DNA from: Eledone cirrhosa
Taxonomy: Eukaryota
Reading direction: 5' to 3'
Length of the DNA stretch: 64,000 nucleotides
Assembly (NCBI GenBank): GCA_964016885.1
Contig: OZ024741.1
Span: forward strand, 87,110,001-87,174,000
Shown: piece by piece, positions 1 to 12,018 of the stretch
Layout of the letters: every line of letters begins with the position of its first letter
Numbering within the stretch: the first letter of the stretch is position 1
Position numbers and translations under genes: made by a program
The notes under the pieces: model-generated
What the model was told of the DNA's origin: nothing
Database searches by the model: none
The model's input: only the letters and a program-made list of their open reading frames with translations

Positions 1-172
1 TATTAATAATTGTTTCTACTTTTGGCACAAGGCCACCAATTACCCCGTGCATTACTAGTCCGTAAAGGGGCGTAACTATGCTGCAAAGCATAGCATAGTT
101 ACGCCCCTTTACGGACTGAGTTCAAATCCCGCCGAGGTTAACTTTGCCTTTCATCCTTACGGGATTCGATTT
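1..172. mobile_element. Two tRNA-SINE fragments in opposite orientation (3' tail on minus at 1-50; B-box/body on plus at 117-172)
   Basis: 1-50 is the reverse complement of the SINE tail at 9650-9698. GAGTTCAAATCCCGCCGAGGTTAACTTTGCCTTTCATCC at 118-156 matches the SINE body at 9580-9620. Confidence 0.6.
57..117. repeat. Perfect 26-bp inverted repeat with 9-nt loop
   Basis: AGTCCGTAAAGGGGCGTAACTATGCT (57-82) is the exact reverse complement of AGCATAGTTACGCCCCTTTACGGACT (92-117). Confidence 0.9.
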
Positions 173-243
173 GTTTGCAATTATGCAAACAGACTCTTTA
201 GACCATGCCAATAGCTAGTGATATTTCCTGGAATATACAGTGA

Positions 244-340
244 CTGATCGGCCTGATTTGAATACTAGCAGACTGGCTGATCAGTCAGATCTGCATATTA
301 GCAGACCCACTGATCAGCCAGATTTGCATATCAGCAGATA
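244..340 (+). repeat. Three degenerate 33-bp tandem repeats
   Basis: CTGATCGGCCTGATTTGAATACTAGCAGACTGG / CTGATCAGTCAGATCTGCATATTAGCAGACCCA / CTGATCAGCCAGATTTGCATATCAGCAGATAG. Confidence 0.75.
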
Positions 341-418
341 GCGCAATCAGTTTCATGTATACGAGCGATGAATGGCCGCCTTTGTTACTAGCTCTGACAG
401 TTGGCAAGTATGCGGTAT

Positions 419-464
419 ACGGTACTGATGAAGGGTAATCAGCCAGAAACATTGTGTCTTCCGT
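419..464 (+). ncRNA. Degenerate type I hammerhead ribozyme motif (probable Penelope-like pseudo-LTR)
   Basis: ACGGTA-CTGATGA-AGGGTAATCAGCCA-GAAAC-ATTGT-GTC-TTCCGT. Core boxes are in the correct order, stem I pairs 5/6 and stem II is weak. Confidence 0.5.
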
Positions 465-643
465 TCTGTTTATATGCCAACACATGAGCAAGAATGACGG
501 AGTCATTTTACTGACATGGCTTAAAGAGGTTCTTTGTATAATTGCAAACGAATCGAATATTATTATTAATATTCGAAAAGCTCAGATTTACATTTCTTGT
601 ATTCAGCCATGGAGAGCGATAAAACTATTTATATATATATATA

Positions 644-1095
<452 letters not shown>

Positions 1096-1246
1096 ATATA
1101 AAGTATTCCACTAAAGTGATTCAGTCATTCTCGCAACACGAACTATGAACAGATCTTCTTCAACAGATCATTTTTTTAATAAATCAAAATTTTAATCATC
1201 AAATATTTAATATTTGATCAGATGAATTACCTCGAAACTGGTAATA

Positions 1247-1849
1247 TCTATCTAAATATTACTAAAAGTCTGTGATTGCTTGTCTGTAATGTAATACAGC
1301 CAAACGGGTACGTAATGACCCTGAAATGCGAATTCAAATGGAATAAAACAAGTTTCGCGTAAATCGAAGAACGGGTTCTTCTGGGTATCTTCATAAACAA
1401 AGAGAGAGAAAGATAGAGAGAAAGAGATAGTGGTTGTGAAAGAATAAATTGAAAAAGAGAGACATGGGGAGAGGGAGAGGAGACAGAGAAGGAAATGGAA
1501 GAGAGCTGGTGGTGTTGTTGTGTGTATATATATATATCAGTGTGTGTATATATATATGTGTGTGTGCGTGTGTGTCTATGACCAGTGTATATAGATCACA
1601 GACACCCACAAATGTACACACACACACATACATCTCTCTCTATATATATATGTATACACACACACACACACACATTTATATATATACACATACACACACA
1701 TATATATATGTATGGGCCTTCCAGTTTCATTTGACATCATATAAATGTCTGTGTATATTTTTATTATTTAAAAATTATTTTTAAGTGAACATGATTTAAA
1801 AAAAAATATTTTGAAGTGAACGTGACCAAACGGGTCACGGGTGGTCTAG
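1247..1849 (+). mobile_element. Non-autonomous Helitron, copy 1
   Basis: 5' A|TC start. 3' hairpin CGTGACC-AAACG-GGTCACG followed by GGTGGT-CTAG|T. Confidence 0.7.
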
Positions 1850-2273
1850 TATACTACTAAAACTCTGTGATTGATTGCTTGCTTGCTTGTCTGTAATGTA
1901 ATACAGCCAAAAGGGCGCATAATGGGAAAATACTTTGAAAGGAAGTTGCCCCTGAAATGGGAATACAAATGGAATAAAACAAGTTTTGCGTAAATCGAAC
2001 GGGTCCCGAGATATGGGTTTTTCCGGGTACCTTCATAAACAAAGAGAGAGAGAGAAAGATAGAGAGAAGGAGATAGTGGTTTTGGGAGAGTAGATTGAAA
2101 GAGAGACATAAAGAGAGGAGAGGAGGCAGAGAAGGAGAATAGAAGAGAGAGAGAGAGATGGTGGTGTTGTTGTGTGTATATATGTGTGAGTGCGTGTGTA
2201 TATATATATGTGTGTGTATATGTGTGTGTGTATCTATGACCAGTGTATATAGATCACAGATACCCACATATGT

Positions 2274-2307
<34 letters not shown>

Positions 2308-2399
2308 GAAGTAATTCCGTCGGAAAAGTCCAGGAAAAAGAGTGCTCTATGTAGGTTACAGAGCTTAATAGTTATGTAATAAACAACATAAGATAATTA

Positions 2400-2459
2400 T
2401 TTCATTTACCAGTGGTTTCTTGAAAGCAGACAAATCTGCTTTCAGTCATCAGAATGAAA
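2400..2459 (-). ncRNA. Type I hammerhead ribozyme motif
   Basis: Minus strand: TTTCATT-CTGATGA-C-TGAAAGCAGA-TTTG-TCTGCTTTCA-A-GAAAC-CACTG-GTA-AATGAAA. Perfect 7-bp stem I, 10-bp stem II and a short stem III. Confidence 0.75.
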
Positions 2460-2535
2460 AAATCCTGGTGTTTTTATTGAATGTGGATTTGAATGTGGTT
2501 TTTAAATCCACATTCAATAAAAAAGACCAGGATTT

Positions 2536-2595
2536 TTTCATTTTGATGACTGAAAGCAGATTTGTTTGCTTTCAAGAAACCACTCGTAAATGAAA
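2536..2595 (+). ncRNA. Mirror copy of the hammerhead motif with mutated core (TTGATGA)
   Basis: TTTCATT-TTGATGA-C...GAAAC-CACTC-GTA-AATGAAA. Confidence 0.55.
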
Positions 2596-2620
2596 TAATT
2601 ATCTTATGTTGTTTATTACA

Positions 2621-2684
<64 letters not shown>

Positions 2685-3320
2685 CACAAACGTATATATA
2701 TGGGCCTTCCAGTTTCATTTCTCATTATATACATATCTGTGTATATTTTAATTATCTAAAAATTATTTTACATGATTTTAAAAAATATAAAAACAAACAA
2801 ACATGATTTTAAAAAGATATTTTGAAGTGAACGTGACCCAACTGGTAACAGGTGGTCTAGTATTTTATAAAACTCCCTTTTTTTATGTTTTCTCCTTTTT
2901 TCAAAATTGTCGAATTAAAGAAGAAAATAAGTTTCTTTAAATATACTTCCGTGCAGTTTCCATTCTTACTCAAACTCAATTACAGACCAACTTTCAGCCA
3001 TAAAACTACATCAAAACTGAAGGAATATATATATATATATAGGCAAGACCTTAATCACTTACTCATGAATGATGTTCCTTGGTCTCAATGATACTTATTA
3101 CTAAGATCGATAATTGGTGATTGAGTTCCATCATTAAATCGGTTTTAAGAATCATGTTCTGGAATGAAACGGCTGTATAAGAGAACTTTAGGCAATATTG
3201 GCTTGATTCTTTCTTTAAGTGAGTACATTTATTATTTGTCGTTTTATATATATGTCGTTTTAGATATATGGATAAAATATATACATACTTATATATATGT
3301 ATATATATATATATATGACA

Positions 3321-3354
<34 letters not shown>

Positions 3355-3364
3355 CATACACACA

Positions 3365-3413
<49 letters not shown>

Positions 3414-3572
3414 CAATTTAAGAAGAAACAGGGCTGTGTACTTGCTGGATAAGGTGTACTTATAAATAAGAGGAAAGCACGAACGGGAGAAAATTTTACT
3501 TCATCAGTTGTCTGCTGGGGATCATGGATATTTCTACAGATATTATATACATACATACATACATACATACAT

Positions 3573-3944
3573 GGCGGCTGCCAACTCGTTTTCGAGTTGG
3601 CCACTACTTTATATCCACGTAGGAGAACCCCTATCGATGCGCTGAACGAGTGTGACTTTTTAGTCCAGCCAGCGACTTGAAAACTCTGGTACAAACACTA
3701 CACTTGTGACAATTATTGACATATAGTGCTGGGGCCATGGTACCATGTGACGACAAGTGCAGAGAGATCTCCAGATATAAAGCAATGCCTGTGCCGTGAA
3801 GCTTTTATAGTGAGCAAAGGCACTGCACAAAGCCAGTCCCACTCTCTTAACCAAGATGATATTTACCAAAAAGAAGAACAAGTCAACATCATTGGATACC
3901 ATCAGGGTTGCAGGTGTTATATCAGAGTTTTCCTTCCCCTAGAA
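3573..3944 (-). mobile_element. RTE-derived short non-autonomous retroelement, copy 1, with (ATGT)n tail
   Basis: Minus strand encodes the C2H2 terminus CSVCTRVFKSLAGLKSHTRSAHR*. A 3' stem-loop GCCAACTCG-AAAA-CGAGTTGGC precedes (ATGT)n. The 5' end CTAGGGGAAGGAAAACTCTGA resembles an RTE 5' UTR. Confidence 0.6.
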
Positions 3945-3988
3945 TACATACATACATACATACATACATACATACATACATACATACA

Positions 3989-6900
3989 ATCGTTGTATAC
4001 AGTGGAGCTACGAGCTTAACAAAGAATTATATGAAGCATACAAACAATCTGAACCCCAAAAGTTCGGTTTCATGCAAAGGCTAAAAACTTTATGGAACTC
4101 CAAACACCCAGAATTAGACTTTTCTCCAAAGCATTTAAATGAACAGGCAAAACGTATCATTAGATGTAAATTTATACATCTAACGGAATTGAGTGATACT
4201 ACAAATACAGCCCTTGTAGACAACCACCCTACTTCCACTGACAGACAAAGAGAATGGCCAGCTAAATCTAGCAGTGAACAGCTCACCAACAATTTTGCTG
4301 AAATCCATCCCACTTCCACTGAAGAACAGCGAGAATAGTCAGCTAACTCTAGTAGTAATTGTCACCACATCAACAACGAGGTTGAAATTCATGACTCTAC
4401 TGTACAAACAGAACACCAAAAACTTGTGGACACCTTACAAGTGATATGGGACGATATGTTTCAAGAGATACACAGCCTTAATGTGAGTGACAGACCATAC
4501 AACACCAGAATCAGTAAAGAACCCACTAAATTGGAATTGGAAGTGGTGAACGAAATAGCTGACAATTATCTGAAGGCTATACGATCTAAAGGTGTAGAAA
4601 CGACATTTGAAACGTTTAATATTTTGGTATATGTTTCAGCTGTCACATTGCTATCATATAACAAACATCTAAAACCACGCAATCAAGATACAAACAAAAA
4701 GCCTGAACCAGCGTGGATGCGAAATTTAAAAAGCAAAATTTTGTGTCTGAGACGAAGTATCTCACACATCGCAGTCGTTATAAAATGCAACATAGAGAGC
4801 AACTTCACACGACACCAGGAAGACCTAAAAAAAAAGTTAGAGAGACGATTTGGAGATACAAAATTTAAAACTTTGAACTCCAAATTACACCAGTTGAAAC
4901 AACAACTCACAGCTACAACAGAAAGACTAAAATATAAGTCAACAGCACATAAACGACAAGTGCTAAATAGATTGTTTGCCAGAGATCCTAAATCAGTTTA
5001 TCGCAGCTTCGGTGGCAAAAGCTCAATCTCTGTAAATGACACCCCTTCAAAAGAACAGGTTGAGAGCTACTGGAGATCTGTATGGGAAACGGATGACGGA
5101 TTCAACAGACAAACTAATTGGCTAAAAGAACTAGAACAGGACTACTGCCAACATGTCCAGAGAAAACAATATGACATAGATGGGTCAATACTGGAAACAG
5201 CTCTACAGAAAATGTCGAATAGGAAATCACCAGGCCCAGACCTCATTACAGGATACTGGTTGAAGAATTTCACTTTCTATCGGCAAGATCTCATACGGCT
5301 GTTTACAGAAACCATTAAAGGCACACAAGAACTGCCCAGATGGTTATCAACTGCCACTACTCTCCTCATTCCCCAAAATAGCCAAACCACCCTTGCTAAA
5401 AATTACCGCCCAATAGCCTGCCAAAACATCATGTATAAATTATATACTGGGTGCCTTAACCTGTTCTTACAGGATCACTGTTCTACCAAGAAAATCATAA
5501 CACCTGAGCAAGCTGGTGGAAAGAGGGAGGTGTGGGGTTGCATAGATCACCTACTAACTAATAAAATGATTCAAGAAAAAACAACAAAGAATCGCAGAAA
5601 CATGACTGCGGTGTGGCTGGACTATCAAAAAGCATTTGATAGTGTACCTCATGGGTGGATTATTAAAGCTTTACAGTTAGCCAAAGTCCCACAACCACTG
5701 GTAGCTGCTGTTGAACGTCTGACCAAGAACTGGTACACCAATTTGATCCTTAGAGGTGAGAAGGAGCAAGTTAAGACTGATAAGATACATTACCAGAAGG
5801 GCATCTTTCAGGGTGATAGCTTGTCAGTGCTACTCTTCGTTCTCTCACTAAATCCACTATCTTACCTACTCAGGAAACAAGGTGGACAAAGAAGTGGGTC
5901 CAGAAGTATCTCCCATCTTTTCTTTGTTGATGACCTGAAGTTGTATGGGCCAAATATCAATGACATCAAGAAACAATTGGACCTCATTACACAATTTTCA
6001 ACAGACATCAAAATGAAATTTGGTGAGTCCAAGTGTGCATATTTGGCAGTAAAACGTGGAAGAGCTGTGCACTCCTCTAGAAATCTAGAGATGAACGACC
6101 TGACAATACAACCTCTACAGTCAGGTGACAACTACAGATATCTTGGACAGGATGAGAATGTCAGATATGATGGACCCATAAATAAGGAGAGAACCAGAAC
6201 TGAATACCTCAGAAGAGTAAAGAAAATATGGTCATCAGAACTGTCAGCGTACAACAAATACGAGTACATTGCCCACAATACTTATGCTGTGCCAATTCTA
6301 ACGCCAACATATGGCCTGCTGAACTGGTCATTGCAAGAACTAAGTGAGATGGATGTTAGAACTCGCAAACTTCTCAGTGTTACTGGGAACTTTAACATCA
6401 ATGGTGATGTGGATAGGCTATACTTCTCACGCAAGGAAGGTGGCCGCGGTTTAAAATCCATATTAACATCATATGAGACCCGGATAGTAACACTGAAGCA
6501 ACACCTTCAACAGAGGAAAAAGGTTGGCAACCATCTTGCCCAGGTTTATGAGCATGAAAAAATATATCATTAGAATAGCGACTGATCTGGAGGAGAGATA
6601 TGGAATAAAGCCTGATATAAATCTCTCACCCAGAGAAATCGGAAGATCCTATTCAATGTCCAAACAAGATGAAAAAATTGGACCAATTTACAGAAAAAGT
6701 TGTGCATGGATACTTGAGACGTAAAACACCGACCATAGAGGGGATAAACCCCTCAAAAAGCCTGGCATGGAGTTCCGACAAGTTTATGACATCACACCTT
6801 GAGGGATATCTCTATGCAATACAGGAACAAGAACTCCCTACCAAATATCTGCTGCACAAAGGGGGAGGGCCATCAGCTGACAATAAATGTAAAACAAAGA

Positions 6901-7527
6901 TCGAAGATGTAAGCCACATTGTTGCCAGCTGCGAAAGAATGTCATCTCGCTACTACCTCCCCATGAGACACGATGGGATAGCTAGAACCATCTGGAACGC
7001 ACTTCGGAAAACAAAATTAAAAACAAACAAGGAAGAATATATTGAGACAGATGGCACTAAGGAATACTGGTGGAACCTGAAAATAAAAACTGCCACCAAA
7101 TTAATTGTGGCAGTTTTTATTGTTGTTTGGGACCACACATTGAAAACGTGTTCTGTTGTGGAGATCAGCTGCACACTTGATGTAAACGTTGTCAGAAAAA
7201 TACAGGAGAAGGAGGACATCTACGGACCATTGATGAGGAGTTTACAAATCCAGTGTCCAAGATACACCTTTAGCTTCATACCCATCATTATTGGAGCTAC
7301 GGGTTATATACCAACCTGCTTGGACCAATGTATAACTGAACTTGGATTTGCGGACAAAGAGCACAGCTCCCTAATTCATAGTCTACAAATGGCTGCGATA
7401 GCTGGCACCTTCAACATTCGCAAAACATTCTTACGATTCAAGGGATGGCAATTTCTTTTCTTTTACAACCTTGCCACCAGGAAGGTGGCCAGTCAAAACT
7501 ATACTCGAAATTAAGAGAAAGAGAGAA
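3989..7527 (+). mobile_element. R4/Dong-clade non-LTR retrotransposon (family A1), near full-length, disrupted, in (CATA)n
   Basis: N-terminal Myb/SANT-like segment (~4000-4190). RT motifs KSPGPD, NYRPIAC, WLDYQKAFDSV, GIFQGDSLS, LFFVDDLKLY. C-terminal HIVASC/RHD endonuclease region. Flanked by (TACA)n and GAGAA|CATACATA. Confidence 0.85.
4426..7514 (+). pseudogene. RT-RLE polyprotein of A1 (ORFs 4426-6573 and 6669-7514; upstream stop at 4338, frameshift ~6560, RLE PD motif lost)
   Basis: ORF track translations carry RT and zinc-knuckle/RLE motifs split across frames. Confidence 0.8.
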
Positions 7528-7829
7528 CATACATACATATGCATAGGCAGATATAGAATAAATTTTAGATTCAAAAAGATATCAATACACAGAGGATGTA
7601 ATGAAAAGCAGAAAAAGACATGCGTGGTGTTTCAAAGTGTAAAATGTTGCAGGGTTGTTACATTAGGTTTTCAGTGAAATGAGATCGGAATAAAGACGAC
7701 AAAAAGATATAATCTGACAGAAATAACCTGAGAATCATTAATTCGTCTTTTTTAATTATTTTACACTAAAGCGCCAAAATACTAGGTATTACTATTGAAC
7801 CAAAATAGAGACCATGTCGTGGCACGTAT

Positions 7830-9230
7830 ATATGTGTGCGCGTTTGTGTGGGGCTGTGTGTGGCTCTGTGTGTGTGTGTGGCTGTGTGGGTGTGTGTGTA
7901 TGTATGTGACTCTGTGTGTGTGTGTGTGTGGCTGTGTATGCTTATCTATAAATCTGTGCGTGTCTATGTGTGTATGTGTGCATCTGTGTGTGCATCCATA
8001 TGTATGTGTATGAGTTTCTGTGTCTGCATGCATATGTATTTGTGTGAGTTTCTGTATGTGTGCATCCATATGTATGTGTATGAGTTTCTGTGTCTGCATG
8101 CATATGTATTTGTGTGAGTTTCTGTATGTGTGCATCCATATGTATGTGTATGAGTTTCTGTATGTGTATATACGTATTTGTATGAGTTTCTATGTGTCGT
8201 CATTGTAATTTTATTTTTAAAGCTCTGATTATTCCTTCCCAATGGTATGGATGAAACATTGTTAGCAAATAAAAATTGTATGAGTATGTAGGCGTTCTTT
8301 GATTTATTTTACATATGTATGTATATATGTATTTGTATGAGTTTCTGTGTGTGTGCATGCATATGTATGTGTATATATGTATTTGTATGAGTTTCTGTGT
8401 GTGTGCATGCATATGTATGTGTATATATGTATTTGTATGAGTTTCTGTGTGTGTGCATGCATATGTATGTGTATATATGTATTTGTATGAGTTTCTGTGT
8501 GTGTGCATGCATATGTATGTGTATATATGTATTTGTATGAGTTTCTGTGTGTGTGCATGCATATGTATGTGTATATATGTATTTGTATGAGTTTCTGTGT
8601 GTGTGTATGCATATGTATGTGCATATATGTATTTGCATGAGTTTCTGTGTGTGTATGCATGCATATGTATGTATATATGTATTTGTATGAATTTCTGTGT
8701 GTGTGCATGCATATGTATGTGTATATATGTATTTGCATGAGTAGCTGTGTGTGCGTTTGTGTATGTATAGGTATATTTATATGTCTGTTTGTGTGTGTGT
8801 ATGCAAGTTTGTCTGCGTCACCATGTATATGTGAAGGTCTATGTATGTACATGCATATGTATGTATATATATATGAATGAGTTTCTGTATGTGTGTAGCT
8901 ATGTGTGCGTTTGTGTGTGTATGTTTATATATACCTGTTTTTGCCTGTTTTTGTGCGTGAATGCAAGTGTGTCTGCGTGAGCAGCTAGTATTATGTATAT
9001 GTGAGTGTGTATATGTGTGTGCATGCATATGTATGTGTATGAGTTTCTGTATGTGTGTAGCTGTATGTGAGTTTGTGTGTGTATATGTATGTTTATGTGT
9101 CTGCGTGAGCATGTATATGTGAGTGTGTATATGTGTGTACGTAAGTGTTTTCACGTGTGCGCATCTGTGTATGTGTATATATGTGAGTATATGTGTGTGT
9201 CTGTATATGTGTATCTGTGTGTGCGTGTGC
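7830..9230. repeat. TG/TA low-complexity tract with 70-bp (~7990-8165) and 50-bp (~8310-8740) minisatellites
   Basis: TGCATCCATA recurs at 7991, 8061 and 8131. The unit ATATGTATGTGTATATATGTATTTGTATGAGTTTCTGTGTGTGTGCATGC recurs every 50 bp. Confidence 0.85.
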
Positions 9231-9523
9231 GTATGAAAGGTGGAGAGAGAATAAATGAATGGCAACGAATAATTATGATTCTAACTGTTATTGAGATTGT
9301 TAGAAATTTTGCCGTCATCATCATCACCATCATTATCATCATAATCATAATCATCATCATCATTGTTGTCGTCATCATCATCGTCACCATCGTAATCAAC
9401 ATCATTACCATCGCCACCCTAACATCTATTTCATTCACAAAAATTATCATCAACACCACCGCCATCTCCAGAATCATTATGATCCTATTATTCATGATCT
9501 TTCACCATCTTATCATCATAAGT

Positions 9524-9698
9524 ATCGGTAGAGCGTCAGACAACATGTTTTGCAGCAGAGTTATTTCCCTTTACATTCTGAGTTCAAATCCCGCCGAAGT
9601 TAACTTTGCTTTTCATTCTTACGAAGTCGATAAAATAAAATACCAGTAATGTACTGGGGTACTTGCTGGCCTTGTGTCAAAAGTAAAAACAATTATTT
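9524..9698 (+). mobile_element. tRNA-derived SINE
   Basis: A-box-like ATCGGTAGAGCGT, B-box GAGTTCAAATC and body CTTTCATTCTT..GTCGATAAAATAAAATACCAG. Related copies at 117, ~17185 and 22185. Confidence 0.65.
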
Positions 9699-10059
9699 GG
9701 CTGTATAGGTAAAGCGTCGGATACCCTGCTTAGCAGCTTGGAGTTACATCCCTTTACGCTCTTATCAATCGAATTTTCTTTTGGATTGATTTTGCAGAAG
9801 TAGGCCTTCACCGGTTTGTTTCGATTCCGGATTTTGATCTATGCTATAACACCTGATTCATCAGATCTATGTTCAAAAGTGTTCTAGCCAGGACAAACTT
9901 GCTTTTGGGAAACTATCCAATGTACACTTTCCTTTTTAAGATCAGAAGATATGATCTGAGGAGGATTTCATTCCTATTATAAGCATGTGACATGTCCAAA
10001 TTAAGAGCGCAATAGTTTCAAATCTGCTTGTGTGTGAGTGTATATGTAGAAGAAACTGG

Positions 10060-10745
10060 CTTAGACAGAAATGCAGATCGCAGAATTTTAACAGACCATT
10101 TGCACATATGAAAAATATGTGCAAAACTAGAGCCCAAAGCGAACCGGTTGAAAATGTGTCAGGATTTGCTAGAAAGACTCGAAATTAACCCAAATGCCTT
10201 GGATAAAGTAATAACAGGAGATGAATCAAGCGTGTTCGAGTACGATGCAGAGACAAAACGGCAAAGTGAGGAGTAGCACACGGAAAATTATCCACATCCG
10301 AAAAAAAGCGTGCATGAGCAGATCCAGGGTGCAAACGATAAATGGTATTGTTCTTGAAGAATTTTTACCGCCAGGACAGACAGGTAATCGATCTTCTACA
10401 AAGATATCTTGGAACGACTTGGAAAGCTAGTTCAGCGAGTCCGAAAGGACATTGCAGGAGAGTGTGTACTGCACCCCGATAACGCGCCTGTTCACACATC
10501 GCTGTCAATTAAAGAGTTTTTGACGAATAAAACATTTCCTACCATTCCACATATTTCCTACAGTCTAGATTTAGCTCCATGTGATTTCTACTACTTCCCT
10601 AAGTTGAAATCGAAGTTAAAGGGTCATTATTTTGGGACTGTGGAAACGATACAAAAGCTTGTAACCGACGAGCCAAGGACACTCGCAGAAAATGACATCC
10701 GGTATTGCTATCAATGGAAAAACGTTGAAACAGTGTGATTTTGCA
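10060..10745 (+). pseudogene. mariner (Tc1/mariner) transposase relic
   Basis: VITGDES..FEYDAETKRQS near 10207, then LHPDNAPVH and YSLDLAPCDFYYFPKLK (mariner DDD motifs), with frameshifts. Confidence 0.85.
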
Positions 10746-11243
10746 AGGAGATAACTTGTAATTTCATGTTCATCTAATGTACATTTAAATAAAACCTCGT
10801 AGAACGACAATTTAACTCTGAAACAAGTTTTTTATATAATATACTTATACATTTCTATACTGAACTAATTCACGTCAGTTCTGTTTCGATTATTAGAATA
10901 ATTATCAATTTACCATTTGTTTACAATAGCTAGTAGAGTTTTATTCTTGTAATCGATTTTGATTCTATTGCTTTACAAAAAAATATAATTGAATTGAATC
11001 GGATTAAATATAAGCTGAAGAATCTATAATGTAATTACTCAGCAACATATAATGACTCCTAAAATATCAAATTAAACACTCAAGATCATCTAGCAAAGCA
11101 AAACAGCAGGAAATAACTTATGCTTACAACAATATCAAATTATAATCTTATAAATGTGAATCCCCATACATACATACATACATACATACATACATACATA
11201 CATACATACATACATACATACATACATACATACATACATACAT

Positions 11244-11536
11244 GGTGGCTGAAAACTCGTTTTCGAGTATGGCCACTACTTTATATCCATGTAGGAGAAC
11301 CCCTACCGATGGGCTGAACGAGTGTGACTTTTTAGTCCAGCCAGCGACTTAAAAACTCTGGTACAAACACTACACTTGTGACAATTATTGACATATAGTG
11401 CTGGGCCCATGGTACCATGTGACGACAAGTGCAGAGAGATCACCAGATATAAACCAATGCCTGTGCTGTGAAGCTTTTATAGTGAGCAAAGGCACTGCAC
11501 AAAGCCAGTCCCACTCTCTTAACCAAGATGATATTT
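11244..11536 (-). mobile_element. RTE-derived short element, copy 2, in (TACA)n
   Basis: Closely matches 3573-3865. Long (TACA)n at 11166-11243. Confidence 0.65.
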
Positions 11537-11643
11537 GCATACGTACATACATGATGGCTGCCCCATCGTTATCGGGTATGGCCATTGCACGGAAAAAAAA
11601 AAATATATATATATATATAATAACGACAGTAATAACAACAACA

Positions 11644-11689
<46 letters not shown>

Positions 11690-11966
11690 GCGCTCTGGGA
11701 ATGATACCTAAGGGGTCTAATGATTACTTATCGCAGATCCCAGGAAACCCGCGTATAGGAGAAATACAAAAGATAGTACTAATGGGAACTGCCCATATAC
11801 TAAGGAAGATTCTGTCAATATAAGTACATCACAAGTCTAAACACTAAAGATGCATGTGTGAGTATGTATGTTCTTCCTTGAACATGGCGGACCTTGTTGT
11901 CTCTTGAGGTCACTGGTTGTGACTTGGTGATAACTCGTATCAACATAAAGCAAGATAAATGCAACT

Positions 11967-11967
<1 letters not shown>
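11690..11967 (+). mobile_element. 3' end of an R4/Dong family (C), in (TAA)n
   Basis: Encodes ALGMIPKG...IQKIVLMGTAHILRKILSI* (RLE C-terminus). (TAA)n on both sides. Second copy at 41441-41670. Confidence 0.75.

Positions 11968-12016
<49 letters not shown>

Positions 12017-12018
<2 letters not shown>

Larger units (their letters stand above)
2308..2623. mobile_element. Fold-back (inverted) Penelope-like pseudo-LTR; ~120-bp arms at 2372-2623, inserted in (TA)n
   Basis: TTATGTAATAAACAACATAAG... at 2372 is reverse-complementary to ...CTTATGTTGTTTATTACATAA at 2623. Each arm carries a hammerhead motif. Confidence 0.65.
1850..2860 (+). mobile_element. Non-autonomous Helitron, copy 2 (tandem, diverged, interrupted by the palindromic insert)
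   Basis: Collinear with 1255-1849 and ends CGTGACCCAACTGGTAACAGGTGGTCTAG|T. Confidence 0.7.

Noticed and set aside
1213-1250. Further hammerhead candidates (also 3062-3183, ~3500 and 41889-41960)
   Set aside because: Only part of the core or stems is present, so they are too degenerate to call.
3630-3715. C2H2 zinc finger as an exon of a host zinc-finger gene
   Set aside because: Present in three dispersed repeat copies followed by a stem-loop and tail, which fits an RTE C-terminus.
7782-9649. His/Thr/Ile-rich ORFs up to 190 aa
   Set aside because: Products of minisatellite and (CAT)n low-complexity sequence.
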